Shown: one piece after another, positions 61,836 to 64,000 of the stretch | How the letters are laid out: every line of letters begins with the position of its first letter | Position numbering within the stretch: position 1 is the first letter of the stretch | Source: an uncultured Chitinophagaceae bacterium | Lineage (GTDB): Bacteria > Bacteroidota > Ignavibacteria > UBA10030 > UBA8401 | Direction: 5' to 3' | DNA: 64,000 bases | Assembly: GCA_964355925.1 (NCBI GenBank) | Contig: CAYHFN010000010.1 | Coordinates: 19,187 to 83,186, forward strand | Notes under the pieces: model-generated | The model's database searches: none | Told to the model about the DNA's origin: nothing | The model's input: only the letters and a program-made list of their open reading frames with translations | Translations under genes and position numbers: made by a program

Positions 61836-62870
61836 ATGAATACACTGAACGACAGAGAAAAAACAATTCTCCATAATATAGTCCATAGTTATATCCAAAC
61901 CGCGATTCCGGTAGGCTCTCGTTTCATTTCCAAACGCAATGACATTGGGTTAAGTGCTGCAACGATTCGGAATGTTATGTCTGATTTAGAAACATTGGGA
62001 TATCTTGGTCATCCGCACACATCGGCGGGCAGAATTCCAACGGACAAAGGATATCGCTTCTATGTGAACGAATTGATGGAGATCGATCAATTAAGTGAGC
62101 TTGAGCAAGCGTCCATTCAATCACAGTTTCATGGGAATATTGAAACGGATGAAATATTGAAGATTGCCTCAAAAATTTTGGGGACAATATCGCATCAGCT
62201 CAGCGTTGTCACCGCTCCGCAAATGACATCGGGCGTGTTTGAAAAATTAGAATTGATGCAGATCTCGAGCACGCGGCTGTTGGTGATCATTTCCATCGGG
62301 TCCGGATTAGTAAAGACCATTATGATGGAAATTCATTCCGAAATTGCCAAGACAAAATTAGATGATGTGGCAAGATTAATGAATGAACGATTGAGCGGTT
62401 TAACGCTGAAGGAAATTCGAGATACTTTCGTTGAACGGGTCAAAGAATATCAGCATGAGGAATCTGGATTGATCCGGCTGTTCATCGAATCTGTCGATAA
62501 ATTATTTGATGAGAATCGCAGGGACAAGATCCATATTGGCGGAACAACAAACATTCTTTCTCAGCCCGAATTTGAAAATGCAAAAAATTTTAAAAGTGTT
62601 ATTGAACTGATGGAGAATGAAGATATTATCATTCACATTTTGGAAACAAGGGATATTAAGAACGGAGCCGCCAATGTTACCATTGGTGAAGAGACAAAGA
62701 TCGAGCACTTAAAAGATTTCAGTGTTGTTACAAAAACGTACAACGTCGGAGATGTTTCGGGAACGATCGGTGTACTGGGTCCGAAAAGAATGGAATATTC
62801 AAAGATGATCCCGCTTGTTGATTTTGTTGCATCAACGATATCGAATCTTTTTGAACGAAAAGTAAAATAG
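61836..62870 (+). CDS. hrcA: Heat-inducible transcription repressor HrcA
   Basis: The track ORF begins at a TTG at 61803; the ATG at 61836 (MNTLNDREKTILHNIVHSYIQTAIPVGSRFIS) fits the usual HrcA N-terminus. Winged-helix block SAATIRNVMSDLETLGYLGHPHTSAGRIPTDKGYRFYV. GrpE and DnaJ genes follow. Confidence 0.9.
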   Translation: MNTLNDREKTILHNIVHSYIQTAIPVGSRFISKRNDIGLSAATIRNVMSDLETLGYLGHPHTSAGRIPTDKGYRFYVNELMEIDQLSELEQASIQSQFHGNIETDEILKIASKILGTISHQLSVVTAPQMTSGVFEKLELMQISSTRLLVIISIGSGLVKTIMMEIHSEIAKTKLDDVARLMNERLSGLTLKEIRDTFVERVKEYQHEESGLIRLFIESVDKLFDENRRDKIHIGGTTNILSQPEFENAKNFKSVIELMENEDIIIHILETRDIKNGAANVTIGEETKIEHLKDFSVVTKTYNVGDVSGTIGVLGPKRMEYSKMIPLVDFVASTISNLFERKVK

Positions 62871-62948
62871 AACCGGCTATTCAAAATTTTTTATTGCAAT
62901 ACGCAGAACAATACTCGTTATTTATTTACTGACACACAAAAAGGAAGT

Positions 62949-63545
62949 ATGGAAGAGCAAAACTCAGAACCAATTACAAATGAACAGCAGAAAACATCAA
63001 ACCAAGAAGCTCCGCAGCAAGAATTACCAGTAAAATCTGAACTGGATATTGCAAAGGAAAAAATTTTAGAGCTTGAATCAGCAGTGTTAACATACAAAGA
63101 CCAGCTCCTTCGCAAAGCTGCTGAATTTGAGAACTTCAAACGACGTATCGAACAGAATTCCATCAATTTTGCAAAATATGCAAGTGAAAATATCATCCTG
63201 GAGCTTCTGCCGATCATCGATGACCTTTCCCGTTCGCTAAAAAGCGGTAAAGACAAATCAGAAAATGATCCGTTCTATAAAGGAATTGAATTGATCTTCT
63301 CAAAATTCAATAAGATTCTGGAACTGCAGGGTGTAAAAGTAATGGAATCGATCGGAAAAGAATTCAATGTAGATTTTCATGACGTGATGATGCAGATTCC
63401 ACGTTCCGATGTCGCTCCGCATATCATTGTAGATGAGATCGAAAAAGGATATTTCTTGAATGACAAGGTGATCCGTCATGCAAAAGTTATAGTAGCAACA
63501 TCACTGACAGATGCAATTGAACAATCAGGGGAAGTGAAAAATTAA
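62949..63545 (+). CDS. grpE: Nucleotide exchange factor GrpE
   Basis: 198-aa ORF. Blocks [26 protein letters not shown] and HDVMMQIP...[20 protein letters not shown]. Confidence 0.9.
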   Translation: MEEQNSEPITNEQQKTSNQEAPQQELPVKSELDIAKEKILELESAVLTYKDQLLRKAAEFENFKRRIEQNSINFAKYASENIILELLPIIDDLSRSLKSGKDKSENDPFYKGIELIFSKFNKILELQGVKVMESIGKEFNVDFHDVMMQIPRSDVAPHIIVDEIEKGYFLNDKVIRHAKVIVATSLTDAIEQSGEVKN

Positions 63546-63547
63546 GT

Positions 63548-64000
63548 ATGGCAGCTAAACGAGATTATTATGAAGTGCTTGGAGTGCAACGTACTGCTTC
63601 CGCTGATGAGATAAAAAAATCGTATCGAAAACTCGCACTGCAGTTTCACCCGGACCGAAATCCGAACAACAAAGATGCTGAAGATAAATTCAAAGAAGCC
63701 ACTGAAGCATACGAGGTACTTTCGGATCAGCCGAAGCGACAACGCTATGATCAATTCGGTCATCAAGGTATGCGCGGCGGTGCCGACTATCAAAGTTACA
63801 ACGACGTCAACGATATTTTCTCACATTTTGGCGATATCTTCGGCGGAGGCGGTTCGATATTTGAAGAAATGTTTGGCGGACAGCAACGACGCCGTGGTCC
63901 GCGTTCTACGGGCGATCCTGGTTCCGATCTTCGCATCCGATTGAAATTAACGTTGGAAGAGATCGGAGCCGGCGTTGAGAAAAAAGTCAAGATAAAAAAA
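63548..64000 (+). CDS. dnaJ: Molecular chaperone DnaJ (5' part; continues beyond the window)
   Basis: Not in the track because there is no stop in the window. My translation from ATG 63548 gives [60 protein letters not shown] (J domain with HPD), then a G/F-rich linker [17 protein letters not shown]. The frame is open for 151 codons to position 64000. Confidence 0.95.
   Translation, partial: MAAKRDYYEVLGVQRTASADEIKKSYRKLALQFHPDRNPNNKDAEDKFKEATEAYEVLSDQPKRQRYDQFGHQGMRGGADYQSYNDVNDIFSHFGDIFGGGGSIFEEMFGGQQRRRGPRSTGDPGSDLRIRLKLTLEEIGAGVEKKVKIKK

Noticed and set aside
1-64000. Search for CRISPR arrays, IS elements, integrases, toxin-antitoxin pairs, restriction or other defence genes, and rRNA
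   Set aside because: No spaced direct-repeat arrays, transposase/integrase motifs or defence-type domains were seen in any frame. The window appears to be metabolic plus housekeeping.

Overview
The window reads as a low-GC chromosomal segment from an FCB-superphylum bacterium. By inference it is Ignavibacteria/Chlorobi-like, based on the QNYPNPFNP-type T9SS C-terminal domains and the hrcA-grpE-dnaJ gene order. Positions 1-54812 form one co-directional minus-strand block of 29 genes, a very large beta-glucan (laminarin / mixed-linkage glucan) utilisation locus. In transcription order it contains: (1) a sensory module of orphan solute-binding protein, histidine kinase and sigma54-dependent response regulator; (2) an intrinsic terminator, a 200-nt structured inverted-repeat region and a near-consensus sigma54 (-24/-12) promoter; (3) a divergent symporter-like permease; (4) a four-gene cassette of a multi-CBM surface protein, a TonB-dependent receptor without SusD, a 1029-aa cargo protein with a divergent C-terminal domain, and a PorV/PorQ-like barrel; (5) a run of glycoside hydrolases (GH9, GH2, four GH16, two GH3, GH5s, a GH63/trehalase-like enzyme, GH81) with an MFS sugar transporter and a ROK glucokinase. 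Embedded in that run are three unexpected secreted proteins (a CotH kinase-fold protein and two arylsulfotransferase-like propellers) plus a SurA-like PPIase and an SGNH-TPR protein. Ten proteins carry the same T9SS CTD and one carries a second CTD flavour. Several gene junctions are ATGA overlaps. The GH81 gene (1-3153) is absent from the supplied ORF track because it runs off the window; I translated it by hand. The right 9 kb (plus strand) is housekeeping: a BatA/vWA protein, hflX, tRNA-Gln(CUG), a receiver protein and hrcA-grpE-dnaJ. The tRNA-Gln 3' end is duplicated 0.7 kb downstream, an att-like scar around a one-gene insert. No CRISPR array, integrase, transposase or rRNA was seen. All family calls rest on motifs read by eye from the translations; no searches were run.
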